A stretch of 64,000 nucleotides of DNA from Thermodesulfobacteriota bacterium. GTDB lineage: Bacteria > Desulfobacterota > BSN033 > UBA1163. Under the pieces are notes generated by a model. It did no database searches. It saw only the letters and a list, made by a program, of their open reading frames with translations, and was not told where the DNA came from. The stretch spans positions 5,687 to 69,686 of the forward strand of contig JAPVTA010000227.1 of NCBI GenBank assembly GCA_047519465.1, read 5' to 3'. This document shows positions 47,672-58,372 of the stretch, in pieces. The stretch's first letter is position 1. Every line of letters begins with the position of its first letter. Made by a program: the position numbers and the translations under genes.

Positions 47672-49462
47672 ATGTCGGGTAAGACTTGGCCCAAGATATT
47701 GCAGGATTGGTACCGTCAGCATGGCAGCAGCAGGGTGGCGATGCGGAACAAGGAATTTGGTGTTTGGAGGGAGTATACATGGAAAGAGTATTATGAGATG
47801 GTGAGACATCTGGGGTCAGGCCTGATGAAATTGGGTCTTCAACCATCGGACAAGGTCATGGTCATTGGATACAATGGACCCTATGCCTATTGGGCAATCC
47901 TCGGTGTAATGGCAAACCGGGGCGTTGTCACCATGCTTTCACCCGATGCCCCGCCCGCCGAGATGAAGAAGTTCTTGAATCATTCGGATTCGAGATTTGT
48001 CATTGTTGAGGATCAAGAGCAGGTGGAGAAGCTTCTTCACCTGAAGGGAGAACTCCCAAAATTAGAGAAGATTATCTATTGGAATTCCAAAGGGCTTTTG
48101 GACTGCCACCGACAGGATTTGTTCAGTTATCAGCAAGTCATCCAAAGGGGGAAGGAGTTTGAGGAAGACCATCTCGGATTGTTTGAGGAGTTCATCGAAG
48201 CATCCACCGAAGATGATATTGCGCTCTTAATCTATACATCCGGGACAGGAGCCTCGGCAAAGGGAGTATTGCTGACGCATCAAGCCGGGATCAGCAGTGC
48301 ACAGAAATGCATCGAGGCAGGATCCCTGGAGGAAAATTTCCAAATCTTCAGTCATATGCCGCTCGCGTGGTTTCCTGCCTTCATTCTGGAAATGGGAGTC
48401 CATTTGATGGGTGGAATGACCGTCAATTTTGCTGAGGGGCCCGACACCGTCTTAAATGACATACGGGAGATCGGTCCTCATTTCGTCATATTTACGCCTC
48501 GACAGTGGGAGGGGCTCATGAAGAGAGTACGCGTCAGGGTGAGCGATGCCGGTCTTTTGAAGCGCCTCTGTTACCGAATCTTTTTGCCCGTCGGTTACAT
48601 GATTTGTAACAGGCAGGGGGAGGTCGGGCTGGTTTGGAAGTTTTTTTATCTTTTCGCTTTCTTTCTTCTCTTTAGACCTTTGAAGAACAAGTTGGGACTC
48701 CTTCATCTGAAACTTTCCTTAACGGGGGGAGGACCGATCAGTACAGAAAGCTTCAGATTCTTGAATGCCTTAGGTTTAAATTTGAGACAAACCTACGGCA
48801 TGATGGAGATGAACCCTATCACCTGGCAGGCCGATGGAGACTTTCAGTTGGGAAGCGTTGGAAAACCGGTTCGTGGATCGGAGGTGATCTTATCGGGGCA
48901 AGGAGAGATTTTGGCCAAAGGCGACCATATGTTTCGAGGCTATTATAAAGATCCAGGGGGAACAGAGACGATCGCCAAGGAGGGTTGGATTCATACAGGA
49001 GATGCGGGGAAGATCGATCCGGATGGTCATCTCATCTATGAGGGCCGTTTATCGGACATGATCCAGACGGACCAGGGGGAAAAATTTTCCCCTGAACCGA
49101 TTGAGGGAAGGTTGAGGTACAACGACTTTATCAAAGATGCCTTGATCTTGCGGAAGGGTAGGGTGATCGCCCTCATCCAGATCGATTTCGAGACCGTAGG
49201 CAAGTGGGCAGAGGAGAACGATATTCCTTATATCACCTTCTCTGACCTGTCGCAGAAGCATCAGGTCTATAATCTGATCGGGAAGGCTATTCGTGAGGTA
49301 AACCGGACACTTCCTGAGGAGATGAAGATTGAGAAGTACTTCATCGTTGATAAAGAGTTCAGCGCGGAAGATTTGGAGCTCACTCATTCCGGGAAGTTGA
49401 GGAGAGGCTTCACCATCGAAAGGTATAGGTACCTTTGGGAAGAAAACACTTCTGACGGGTGA
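47672..49462 (+). CDS. AMP-dependent synthetase/ligase (long-chain acyl-CoA synthetase-like)
   Basis: 'LIYTSGTGASAKGVLLTH' (AMP-binding P-loop), 'TYGMMEMNP' and 'GWIHTGDAG'. Confidence 0.7.
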   Translation: MSGKTWPKILQDWYRQHGSSRVAMRNKEFGVWREYTWKEYYEMVRHLGSGLMKLGLQPSDKVMVIGYNGPYAYWAILGVMANRGVVTMLSPDAPPAEMKKFLNHSDSRFVIVEDQEQVEKLLHLKGELPKLEKIIYWNSKGLLDCHRQDLFSYQQVIQRGKEFEEDHLGLFEEFIEASTEDDIALLIYTSGTGASAKGVLLTHQAGISSAQKCIEAGSLEENFQIFSHMPLAWFPAFILEMGVHLMGGMTVNFAEGPDTVLNDIREIGPHFVIFTPRQWEGLMKRVRVRVSDAGLLKRLCYRIFLPVGYMICNRQGEVGLVWKFFYLFAFFLLFRPLKNKLGLLHLKLSLTGGGPISTESFRFLNALGLNLRQTYGMMEMNPITWQADGDFQLGSVGKPVRGSEVILSGQGEILAKGDHMFRGYYKDPGGTETIAKEGWIHTGDAGKIDPDGHLIYEGRLSDMIQTDQGEKFSPEPIEGRLRYNDFIKDALILRKGRVIALIQIDFETVGKWAEENDIPYITFSDLSQKHQVYNLIGKAIREVNRTLPEEMKIEKYFIVDKEFSAEDLELTHSGKLRRGFTIERYRYLWEENTSDG

Positions 49463-49599
49463 GGGAACTTGTCCTGTCCCATATAGCTACGTCGTGCAGC
49501 CCTTTGGGAGCGCAAAAGAGGGGGATGAGAGGGTCCACTACAACAGATCGAATACGGCTGCATCCTTTCGTCCTGTTCGGCAGGGTTTAAGAGGTCAAG

Positions 49600-50484
49600 A
49601 TGGGAACATTGTTCCATCTGGTTGCAAATGGCTTGGCAGTGGGTGGGGTTTACGCAGTCGTGGCCTTGGGTTTTGCGCTCATTTTCAAGGCAACAAAAGT
49701 GTTTAACTTTGCGGTGGGGGAGTTTATCTGCATCGGGGCCTTCATGGTTTGGAGCCTCATCGTTCAATTTCATCTTCCTTTTGGCGTAAGTGTCCTGATC
49801 GGCATTGCCGGCGCAGGCTTACTAGGATTGCTGTGCGAGCGCCTATTCGTGCGGCCCATGATCGGACAGCCCATCTTGTCCATTATCATCATGACACTGG
49901 CATTGTCGTTCTTTCTAAATGGGGTGGCCATCTTGGTGTGGGGCTCTGTCCCTGCGAGCTACCCAACCTATCTGCCGGGGGGGTCCTTAAAAATGGCCGG
50001 GGCAGCTATTGGAATCGATATTCTGTTCTGTTTTGCGGCCACTCTCGTCATCGGATGTGCTATCGCGCTCTATTTTGAGAAAGCGAAGGGGAGCATTCCG
50101 ATGAGGGCAGCGGCCGAGGATCACCAGGCCGCTCAAGCTGCTGGAATTAGGGTGAGCAAAATCTCAACCTTGGTTTGGACTGTGTCCGGCATCGTGTGTG
50201 GGGTGGGAGGCTTGTTTTTGGGAACCATCCGAGGGGTGGATATGTACCTTCCGGAATTCGGTCTGAAAGTTGTTCCGGCTGTTCTGATCGGAGGATTGGA
50301 ATCAATTCCCGGAGCCATCGCAGGAGGTCTGATCATAGGGGTTTTGGAAAAGATAGGGAGCGGATATATGAATCCGATTGTTGGCGGCGGAATCGAAACT
50401 GCTATCGCATACATTGTGATGATCATATTTTTGACCTTCAGGCCCTATGGCCTTTTTGGGCTGAGAAAGATAGAAAGATTATAA
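49600..50484 (+). CDS. ABC transporter permease (LivH-like)
   Basis: Multi-TM protein with 'NFAVGEFICIGAF'. Confidence 0.8.
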   Translation: MGTLFHLVANGLAVGGVYAVVALGFALIFKATKVFNFAVGEFICIGAFMVWSLIVQFHLPFGVSVLIGIAGAGLLGLLCERLFVRPMIGQPILSIIIMTLALSFFLNGVAILVWGSVPASYPTYLPGGSLKMAGAAIGIDILFCFAATLVIGCAIALYFEKAKGSIPMRAAAEDHQAAQAAGIRVSKISTLVWTVSGIVCGVGGLFLGTIRGVDMYLPEFGLKVVPAVLIGGLESIPGAIAGGLIIGVLEKIGSGYMNPIVGGGIETAIAYIVMIIFLTFRPYGLFGLRKIERL

Positions 50485-50527
50485 AATGCTTCCCTGCGGT
50501 GTTTACAATCGTAATTATCGTGAAGAT

Positions 50528-51532
50528 ATGGCGATCATACGCACTCGCTTCCACTGGAGTCTACTCATCGCAGCGATGGTCCTGCTCGCTGCCGCCCCCC
50601 TTTTTGGGACTTATTATTGGCTCACCTTGGTCATTTTTATATGCATTTTTATTATCAATACCCTTGGGCTCAATATCCTCCTTGGATATGCAGGCCAGAT
50701 CTCACTCGGACAATCCGCCTTTATGGGAGTGGGGGCCTACGTTTCTGCCCTTCTGACCGCAAAGGCGGGCATACCTTTCCTAGCTTCTCTCCCGCTCTCG
50801 GGGATCCTCAGCGGGGCAGTAGGGTTGATCTTCGGATTTCCCTCTGTCAGGGTAAAGGGATTCTACCTTGCCCTGGTAACCTTGGGGGCTCAATTCATTC
50901 TGGTTTACGTCATTGAGCATCTGGACATGACGGGTGGAACGAACGGAATGGTCTGCCCATTCGCTTCCATCGGGCCAGTCGTCTTCGATACCCCTTCCAA
51001 GATCTACTGGCTCACCGTAGCCGTTACTGTCATCATGATATTCTTAGCCAACAATCTGACGAGGACCAGAGTTGGAAGGGCATTGATTGCTGTAAGGGAT
51101 AATGATATTGCTGCGGAAGTACTGGGAGTCAACGTTTCCCATTATAAACTGCTTGCCTTCTTCATAGGCTGCTTCTATGCAGGAATCTCCGGATCCCTTT
51201 GGGCGCATTTTTTGACATCCATCCATCCTGACCAGTTCCCCCTGTCAAACTCTATCCTCTATCTGGGGGCAGTCATCATAGGGGGCATCGGGACTTTGTT
51301 CGGCGCCATCATGGGAGCAATCGTCATGAGAGGATTGGATGAAATCTTGCGTATTGCAATACCCGCACTGGCCGAAATCTTCCCTGCCTGGGGAGCGAAC
51401 ATTGCTCCTGCCTTGGGTCCGATGGTCTATGGGCTGGTAATCATTATCTTTCTGATTTTTGAACCAAGAGGACTCGTTCATGCATGGCAGCGACTTAAAT
51501 TATCCATACAGCTGTGGCCATTTCCATATTGA
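50528..51532 (+). CDS. ABC transporter permease (LivM-like)
   Basis: Multi-TM protein with 'GQISLGQSAFMGVGAYVSALL'. Confidence 0.8.
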   Translation: MAIIRTRFHWSLLIAAMVLLAAAPLFGTYYWLTLVIFICIFIINTLGLNILLGYAGQISLGQSAFMGVGAYVSALLTAKAGIPFLASLPLSGILSGAVGLIFGFPSVRVKGFYLALVTLGAQFILVYVIEHLDMTGGTNGMVCPFASIGPVVFDTPSKIYWLTVAVTVIMIFLANNLTRTRVGRALIAVRDNDIAAEVLGVNVSHYKLLAFFIGCFYAGISGSLWAHFLTSIHPDQFPLSNSILYLGAVIIGGIGTLFGAIMGAIVMRGLDEILRIAIPALAEIFPAWGANIAPALGPMVYGLVIIIFLIFEPRGLVHAWQRLKLSIQLWPFPY

Positions 51533-51622
51533 AAGGGGGGATGTGCCATGCGCCTTAATTATGATCCGGAAGGGGAACGATTCATTTGATTGGAAAAATC
51601 TCGGAGAAAGGAGCGAAAAGAG

Positions 51623-52909
51623 ATGAAGAGATCAAATTTCTTTCTGCTAATCGTCTTAGGGAGCATCGGAGGGTTGGCATTGGTCGTCTTAGGGAATGGC
51701 TTTTCCACCGCGGCACCCACTGATGAGGCGCACTGGGTGAAGATCGGGAACTCCCATGGGATGACGGGGGCTGTTTCTGTAGCCCACACGGCTTATATGG
51801 AGGCAATGATTTCCTATTTTAAGGATCTGAATGAAAGGGGAGGGATCGAGTTTACCAATCCCAAAACAGGAAAGGCGGAGAAAGCCAAGATCGATCATAT
51901 CTGGGCGGATGACGGCTATGTTGTCAGCAAGATCGTTGCGAACTACACAAGGATGAAGGGCGATGGCATCGTCTTCTTCATTAACGGAAGCGTTGGTGGC
52001 ACATTAGCATGCCTCGAGATGTCAAAGAGGGATAAGATCGCCCAGCTCCATGCGGGGAATATCAAGGCATTGATGTATCCAAAGCACAAGTGGGTCATTA
52101 CGCCAAGCGCCGCCTATACCGACAGTTTCGGTGCGGGAATCAACTGGATTGTGAAGGAGTGGGCCCCCAAGAATCTGCCGGCGGGGGGAAAACTCAAGTT
52201 AGGGATCATCACTTCTGATACAGCCTTCGGCAAAGCATTGCTCGAACCCAGCACGGAAGCTTATATGAAAGAGAACGGCGTAGAATATTTGGGGATGCTC
52301 TTTGCCGGGGTGGGGGATATTGACATGACCCCTCAGTTGAAAACGATGGTAGACAAAGGGGCAAACTGGATCGCCTGCAATCACACGGCTCCATTTGCGT
52401 CAAACCTGGCGAAATCCATCGGTCGCCTTGGGCTGCATGGTAAGATTCATCTCTTTCTCAACCAGGCCTGTTTTGACGATGTCTTTATCCAGCAGGCTGG
52501 GGAGTATGCGGAGGGGACAGTTGGCATCGGTTTTACAGGCCACATCCTCGATCCGAACGCCTTCAATGACAAAATGCGCGCGGTCATCAAACATTACTAT
52601 CCCAATACAAACGTCTTCTACCAGCACGGCCTTGGCATCGTCTATGCCAGATGTGTGGAAGCAGGAATCGCCACCGCCTTGAGAAAGTTCGGATATCCAC
52701 TCACCGGAGAGAACGTCGCGGATGCTTTTTCCAGCGCGGATGGGAAAGGGATCTGGAAGTCGCCCGGGGGATTGATCCCAGGGGATTTTGATGTGACCAG
52801 CAATCCAGAAGATGCAACGATGCTCCATGATGCAGCCCTTCTCGTCGCCGAGAAAGGAAGATTGAAAGTGATTAAATACGTCCATTGCCCGGGGTTGTCT
52901 TACAAATGA
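51623..52909 (+). CDS. ABC transporter substrate-binding protein (Peripla_BP_6-like)
   Basis: Signal peptide 'MKRSNFFLLIVLGSIGGLALVVLG'. The SBP-like body is a divergent member of the family. Confidence 0.65.
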   Translation: MKRSNFFLLIVLGSIGGLALVVLGNGFSTAAPTDEAHWVKIGNSHGMTGAVSVAHTAYMEAMISYFKDLNERGGIEFTNPKTGKAEKAKIDHIWADDGYVVSKIVANYTRMKGDGIVFFINGSVGGTLACLEMSKRDKIAQLHAGNIKALMYPKHKWVITPSAAYTDSFGAGINWIVKEWAPKNLPAGGKLKLGIITSDTAFGKALLEPSTEAYMKENGVEYLGMLFAGVGDIDMTPQLKTMVDKGANWIACNHTAPFASNLAKSIGRLGLHGKIHLFLNQACFDDVFIQQAGEYAEGTVGIGFTGHILDPNAFNDKMRAVIKHYYPNTNVFYQHGLGIVYARCVEAGIATALRKFGYPLTGENVADAFSSADGKGIWKSPGGLIPGDFDVTSNPEDATMLHDAALLVAEKGRLKVIKYVHCPGLSYK

Positions 52910-52971
52910 TCAGCTGGCCCAGGGTTGTGGCAAAAGAATCTGAGGCTGTGCAGCGATCATGAGAGGGGAGG

Positions 52972-53763
52972 ATGCTAAGCGTCAACAACATCGAGGTCAT
53001 CTACAGTAATGTGGTCCTTGTCTTAAGAGGAGTTTCACTGGAAGTCAAGGAGAAGAGCATCACCGCCCTTCTTGGTGCCAATGGGGCAGGGAAGTCCACG
53101 ACCCTCAAGGCTATTTCCGGGTTACTTCATACAGAGCTGGGCAGGGTCAGCAAAGGGCACATCTTGTTTAACGGGAAGAGAATCGAGAGGTTTGGTCCGG
53201 AGGATATTGCTGAGTCGGGAATTGTTCAAGTGATGGAGAGGCGAAGGGTGTTTGAGCATCTCACGGTCGAGGAAAATCTGATCGTTGGGGCTTCCCCTGT
53301 GAAGGGCAAGCATGACCTTAAGAAGGATATCGACGGCGCGTACACTTTTTTCCCAAGGCTCAAATACCTTCGGAGCCAAACGAGCGGTTACTTATCCGGC
53401 GGCGAACAGCAAATGTTGGTGATCGGCCGAGCCATCATGGCCCATCCCCAAGTACTTCTCCTTGACGAACCCTCACTCGGCCTCAGTCCTTTAATAACCA
53501 AGGAAATTTTCAGAGTGGTGAAAAGCATTAACCTTGAGGAAGGCACATCGATTCTATTAGTGGAGCAGAATGCATTGGCTGGGTTCTCTGTCGCAGATTA
53601 TGGCTACATAATGGAAAATGGCCGGATTGTGCTGAACGGGCCACCGGATTCATTGAGGAATAATGAGGAAGTGCGGGAGTTCTACCTGGGATATAGCAAG
53701 GCAGGCGAGCGGATGAGTTACCGGGATATGAAACATAGGAAGCGAATTCTTTGGAAGGGTTAG
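52972..53763 (+). CDS. ABC transporter ATP-binding protein (LivF-like)
   Basis: 'GANGAGKSTT', 'LSGGEQQMLVIGRAI' and 'LLLDEPSLG'. Confidence 0.8.
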   Translation: MLSVNNIEVIYSNVVLVLRGVSLEVKEKSITALLGANGAGKSTTLKAISGLLHTELGRVSKGHILFNGKRIERFGPEDIAESGIVQVMERRRVFEHLTVEENLIVGASPVKGKHDLKKDIDGAYTFFPRLKYLRSQTSGYLSGGEQQMLVIGRAIMAHPQVLLLDEPSLGLSPLITKEIFRVVKSINLEEGTSILLVEQNALAGFSVADYGYIMENGRIVLNGPPDSLRNNEEVREFYLGYSKAGERMSYRDMKHRKRILWKG

Positions 53764-53791
53764 AAAGGATGGGTTTAAGGAGGATGACGAG

Positions 53792-55324
53792 ATGAATTGG
53801 AGTTATGTACTTGAGAGGAATGTGGAGAGGTTTCCAGATAAAGAAGCCCTCATCTGCGGAGAAAGGAGACTTACTTACAGGATGGTTCAAAAGCGAGTTG
53901 ATGGCCTGGCAAAAGGGCTTCAAGGGCTGGGGATTAAAAAAGGCGACGTGGTGGCGATTCTGCTTTACAATTGCTCGGAGTATATCGAAATTACTTTTGC
54001 CGTCAACAAACTCGGGGGCACATGGCTTCCCCTGAATTATCGGCTGGCCGGTGCTGAGATGAGCTATATTCTCAACCATTCTGAAGCCAAATTACTCATT
54101 TCTGAAATGGAATTTTCGCCCATCATTGAGGGGATCCGGAAAGATATCCCCGGAGTGAGGAAATTTATCGGAGTCGGGAAAGAAGTCCCTCAAGGGTGGA
54201 TGAGTTATGATGCCGTTGTGAAAGAGAACGAGGGCGCTACAGTCCCCCATGCCCTTGTGGACCTGGATGACCTGCAGAGGCTTATGTATACGTCAGGAAC
54301 AACAGCCCATCCGAAAGGGGTAATGATTACATACGGCAACCTTTATTGGAAGAATATCGGGCATATTTTGATGTTCGATTTAAAACCAGAGGACAAGACC
54401 CTGGTTGCTGGTCCTTTGTACCATGTGGGGGGTATGGACCTGCCTGCCACGGGAACGCTCTATGCGGGAGGAAGCCTGGTCATCCTGAAGAGATTCGAAC
54501 CGGTCCTCGTGCTGGAGACAATTCAAACGGAGAAGATTACGAATACATGGTTCGCTCCGGCCATGGTCAATATCCTCTTTCAGGAGCCAACCTTTGACCA
54601 ATATGATGTCCGTTCCCTTCGGTTCATTATTGATGGGGGAGAGAAGATGCCTTTGCCACTGATCAATAAGATCAAAGAAAAATTTCCATCGACCTGGTTT
54701 GCCGATGCCTACGGGCTAACCGAGACGGTCTCGGGGGACACCTTTCTCTCTTGGGACAAGGTACTGGAAAAGATAGGGTCTGTGGGCAAACCGGTTGTGC
54801 AACTTCGTGTTCGGACGGTTGACGAACAAGGGAAAGATGTTGCTCCCGGCCAATTAGGCGAGATCGTTCTTCGGGGCCCCAAGGTTTTCAAAGGATATTG
54901 GAAGAATCCAGAAGCCACTGCAGAGGCGCTGAAGAATGGATGGTTCCATACCGGAGATATTGGGAAGCTTGACGAGGAAGGGTATCTTTACATTGAGGAC
55001 CGAAAGAAGGACATCATCATCAGCGGGGGCGAGAATATTGCATCCCTGGAAGTCGAGCGGGTGATCTACCAAATGCCGCAAGTCCTGGAGACGGCTGTGG
55101 TTGGCATCCCCCATCCCAAATGGCTGGAGGTTCCCAAAGCTTATGTCGTGCTGAAGAAAGGAGAGAGCCTCTCCGGTGAGGAGATCATCGCTCACTGTTC
55201 AACGAAGTTGGCAAAGTTTAAGGTCCCCAAGGAGATAGAGTTTACCGATAGTCTTCCTCGGAACCCTTCTGGGAAGGTTTTAAAAAGAGAACTTCGGGAC
55301 AGGCATAAAACAGGAAGGAAATAG
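53792..55324 (+). CDS. AMP-dependent acyl-CoA synthetase/ligase
   Basis: 'LMYTSGTTAHPKGVMITY', 'YGLTET' and 'GWFHTGDIGKLDEEGYLYIEDRKKD'. Confidence 0.8.
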   Translation: MNWSYVLERNVERFPDKEALICGERRLTYRMVQKRVDGLAKGLQGLGIKKGDVVAILLYNCSEYIEITFAVNKLGGTWLPLNYRLAGAEMSYILNHSEAKLLISEMEFSPIIEGIRKDIPGVRKFIGVGKEVPQGWMSYDAVVKENEGATVPHALVDLDDLQRLMYTSGTTAHPKGVMITYGNLYWKNIGHILMFDLKPEDKTLVAGPLYHVGGMDLPATGTLYAGGSLVILKRFEPVLVLETIQTEKITNTWFAPAMVNILFQEPTFDQYDVRSLRFIIDGGEKMPLPLINKIKEKFPSTWFADAYGLTETVSGDTFLSWDKVLEKIGSVGKPVVQLRVRTVDEQGKDVAPGQLGEIVLRGPKVFKGYWKNPEATAEALKNGWFHTGDIGKLDEEGYLYIEDRKKDIIISGGENIASLEVERVIYQMPQVLETAVVGIPHPKWLEVPKAYVVLKKGESLSGEEIIAHCSTKLAKFKVPKEIEFTDSLPRNPSGKVLKRELRDRHKTGRK

Positions 55325-55450
55325 GGTGGCAGGTATCAATTCGAATGATCAGGGTGCTTTATATAGCTGTGCAATAGGAATGTAAAAAGAGTCGGTCCTA
55401 AAGAACTATAAGAGAGGCTTCGCCGTAAGACACAGAATGGAGGTGGTTAT

Positions 55451-57388
55451 ATGGAATTTAAAAAGATGTTCGAGCCGGGAGAGATTGGGACGATGAAAGT
55501 GAAAAATAGAATTGCCCTTGCACCCATGGTCCGTAATTGGGCTACTGATGATGGGCTTGTTACTGACCGTCTCCTAAATAACTATGCAGCGATTGCGGCA
55601 GGAGGTGTGGGCATGATCATGCTTGAGGCCTGCTACGTTCAAGCCATTGGGAGAGGATTTCTTAACCAACTGGGGATTTACGATGACAAATGTGTCAAAG
55701 GATTAAAGAGCCTAGCTGATGTTGCGCACCGACATGGAGCGAAGCTCGGCGCACAAATATTTCACGCAGGGCGACAGACTGTTCCGGCGTTTTGCGGCGG
55801 ACAACCGGTGGCTCCATCTCCGAAACCATGTGGATTAATGAAGTTTATCGATCCGGGATATACCCCACGGGAACTGAGCACCGAGGAAGTGGGGAACCTA
55901 GCTAAGGCCTTTGCTGAAGGAGCTCGCCGGAATAAGGAAGCAGGTTTCGATTTTGTGGAGTTACACGGAGCCCATGGGTACATCATCAACCAATTCCTGT
56001 CCCCTTATACGAATCAACGCACGGATAAGTATGGTGGTGATTTTGCCGGCCGCATGCGTTTTGTTTTGGAAGTACTGGATAGGGTCCGTTCCAAGGTTGG
56101 TCGAGACTTTCCCGTCACGATACGGCTCAATGGAGACGATTTTATAGAAGGGGGCATGAGCATTGAATATACGCTGAAGGTTGTAAAGGACCTGGATAAG
56201 GCTGGAATCGATGGTTTCCATATCACCGGAGAGATATATGAATCTTTTCCTAAGGGGAAGATGATTTCCCCCATGTCCATCCAGCCTGCTCCTTTGGTGG
56301 GACTCGCAGCGGCAGTTAAACGGGTGACTTCAAAACCTGTCATTGCAGTGGCCAAGATCTACCGGCCCCAGCTCATCGAAGATGTGTTGGTCAAGAATCA
56401 AGCAGATTTCGTTGCCCTGGGCCGCTCTCTCCTATCGGATCCTGAACTGCCGAATAAAGTAATGAATGGGCGGATGGATGAAATCAACTACTGTATAACC
56501 TGTCAAGGATGTCAGGAGCGCCTTTTCTCTCAAACTGATGTCCAGTGCACAGTGAATCCGTGGTGCGGCCGTGAAAAGGAACTCGATATGAAGCTTGCTC
56601 CCAAAAGGAAGAGAGTGATCGTCGTGGGTGGGGGTCCGGCTGGGATGCAGGCTGCTTGGGTGGCAGCTAAGAGAGGACATGATGTGAGCCTCTACGAGAA
56701 GAACTATCATTTGGGAGGCCTGATGGAATTGGTTGTCATACCTCCCACCCGGGATGATTGGAATGTATTCTCTCGTTACCAAATGAGACAGGTGATCGAA
56801 AGCGGGGTAAACGTTAGGATCGGAAAAAATGTTACTAAGGAAATGATCCGCAGGGAGAAACCGGATGTGCTTGTTGTTGCAGCGGGTTCGTCTCCGGGCA
56901 GGCCGAACATACCCGGGTCAGATAATGTCAATGTCGTCGAGGCTCGAGATGTACTTCGGGGAAAGTCTAAATACAAAGGTCCGGTCATTGTGGTCGGAGG
57001 GGGATTGGTAGGGTGTGGGGTGGCCGAGTGGTTAGCGGAAAAAGGCGAGAAGATAAAGATTGTTGAAATGCGTGAGGATATTGCTCCAGATATGTTCTTG
57101 AATGAAAAAACGACAATGCTTGAGAGGTGGAAGAAACTCGATATTGAGATATTTACGAAGAAAAAGGTCACCTCCATTATGCTCAAAGGAGTGGTAGTAG
57201 AAGAAGATGGAAAAACCGAGGAGATCGTCGGCGAGACAGTTGTACTCGCTATAGGGGCACTGGCAAACCAGGAACTCATCGATCTCAAAGGTGAAGTACC
57301 CGAATTCTACGTGATCGGAGATTGTGCCGAGCCTCGGAAAATCATTAACGCAGTATATGAAGGGACAAGTGCAGGCTGCCAAATCTGA
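55451..57388 (+). CDS. NADH:flavin oxidoreductase (Old Yellow Enzyme family) fused to FAD/NAD(P)-binding domain; 2,4-dienoyl-CoA reductase-like
   Basis: OYE TIM-barrel N-terminus ('VKNRIALAPM', 'HGAHGYIINQFLSP'), 4Fe-4S Cys cluster 'CITCQGCQERLFSQTDVQCTVNPWC', and Rossmann 'VIVVGGGPAGMQAA'. Confidence 0.8.
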   Translation: MEFKKMFEPGEIGTMKVKNRIALAPMVRNWATDDGLVTDRLLNNYAAIAAGGVGMIMLEACYVQAIGRGFLNQLGIYDDKCVKGLKSLADVAHRHGAKLGAQIFHAGRQTVPAFCGGQPVAPSPKPCGLMKFIDPGYTPRELSTEEVGNLAKAFAEGARRNKEAGFDFVELHGAHGYIINQFLSPYTNQRTDKYGGDFAGRMRFVLEVLDRVRSKVGRDFPVTIRLNGDDFIEGGMSIEYTLKVVKDLDKAGIDGFHITGEIYESFPKGKMISPMSIQPAPLVGLAAAVKRVTSKPVIAVAKIYRPQLIEDVLVKNQADFVALGRSLLSDPELPNKVMNGRMDEINYCITCQGCQERLFSQTDVQCTVNPWCGREKELDMKLAPKRKRVIVVGGGPAGMQAAWVAAKRGHDVSLYEKNYHLGGLMELVVIPPTRDDWNVFSRYQMRQVIESGVNVRIGKNVTKEMIRREKPDVLVVAAGSSPGRPNIPGSDNVNVVEARDVLRGKSKYKGPVIVVGGGLVGCGVAEWLAEKGEKIKIVEMREDIAPDMFLNEKTTMLERWKKLDIEIFTKKKVTSIMLKGVVVEEDGKTEEIVGETVVLAIGALANQELIDLKGEVPEFYVIGDCAEPRKIINAVYEGTSAGCQI

Positions 57389-57526
57389 GGAAGTGAGCTA
57401 GAAGATTCATATATGATTTCGCTACTTGCTAGATGAAAAAATTGATCATTTTCGCCGGCTGGGAAAATAAAGGTTTAAAGAGAGAATCTCTGGAGAGGAG
57501 CAAGGCAAAAGTTCACGCTAAATGAA

Positions 57527-58252
57527 ATGGATAAAAGGTACGACACGCTTCTTCAGGTCATAGATCTGGAAGTGAGTTATCATAAGAGGCAGGTTATATT
57601 CGGGATCTCCTTCTTTTTGGAACAGGGAGAGGTTGTTGCCCTGGTGGGCCCGAATGGAGCAGGAAAAACAACCACCTTGAATACCATCCAAGGGCTCCTC
57701 CATCCTCAAAGGGGGAAGGTCTATTTTGATGGGAAGGATATCAGTCACAGGAAGGCTTCGGAGAATGTGAAGGATGGGGTTTCTCTCGTCCCCCAGGGGG
57801 GGAGGGTTTTCCCTGACCTTTCGGTTTTTGAGAATCTTCAGCTTGGGGGGTATCTTGTGGATCCATCGACTATGGATCGACAGGTTGAGTATGTTTACGA
57901 TCTCTTCCCAATCCTGAGGGGAAGAAGGTTCCAGAGGGCCAATTCCTTGAGCGGAGGTGAGCGCCAGATGTTAGCCATCGGAAGGGCCCTGATGCTTACT
58001 CCAAAACTCTTGCTCCTTGACGAACCCTCAGCAGGCCTGGCGCCGCTCTTAGTTAGAGAACTGATGAAGACAGTCTTGGAGATTAGACAGAGGATGGACA
58101 CAAGCGTTCTGATCGTTGAACAAAATGTCCGGGAAGCCTTCTCCGTTGCGCAGAAGGCCTATGTTTTGAGGGTGGGGAAGATCGTCCTCGAAGATCATCA
58201 TCCCGTTGCGCTCCTGGAGGATGAGAGATTGAGGAAAAGCTATCTCAGTTGA
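57527..58252 (+). CDS. ABC transporter ATP-binding protein (LivF-like)
   Basis: 'GPNGAGKTTT', 'LSGGERQMLAIGRAL' and 'LLLLDEPSAG'. Confidence 0.8.
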   Translation: MDKRYDTLLQVIDLEVSYHKRQVIFGISFFLEQGEVVALVGPNGAGKTTTLNTIQGLLHPQRGKVYFDGKDISHRKASENVKDGVSLVPQGGRVFPDLSVFENLQLGGYLVDPSTMDRQVEYVYDLFPILRGRRFQRANSLSGGERQMLAIGRALMLTPKLLLLDEPSAGLAPLLVRELMKTVLEIRQRMDTSVLIVEQNVREAFSVAQKAYVLRVGKIVLEDHHPVALLEDERLRKSYLS

Positions 58253-58372
58253 CGGGTGATTGAATCTTTTTTGGTCGGCCGAATCCGAAGAGGCAGGAGG
58301 TGATGAATAGAATTCGAGCAGGTCATCGAGCATCTATCAATTTCGGGCCAAGCCCGATGAAAGGAGGGAAAA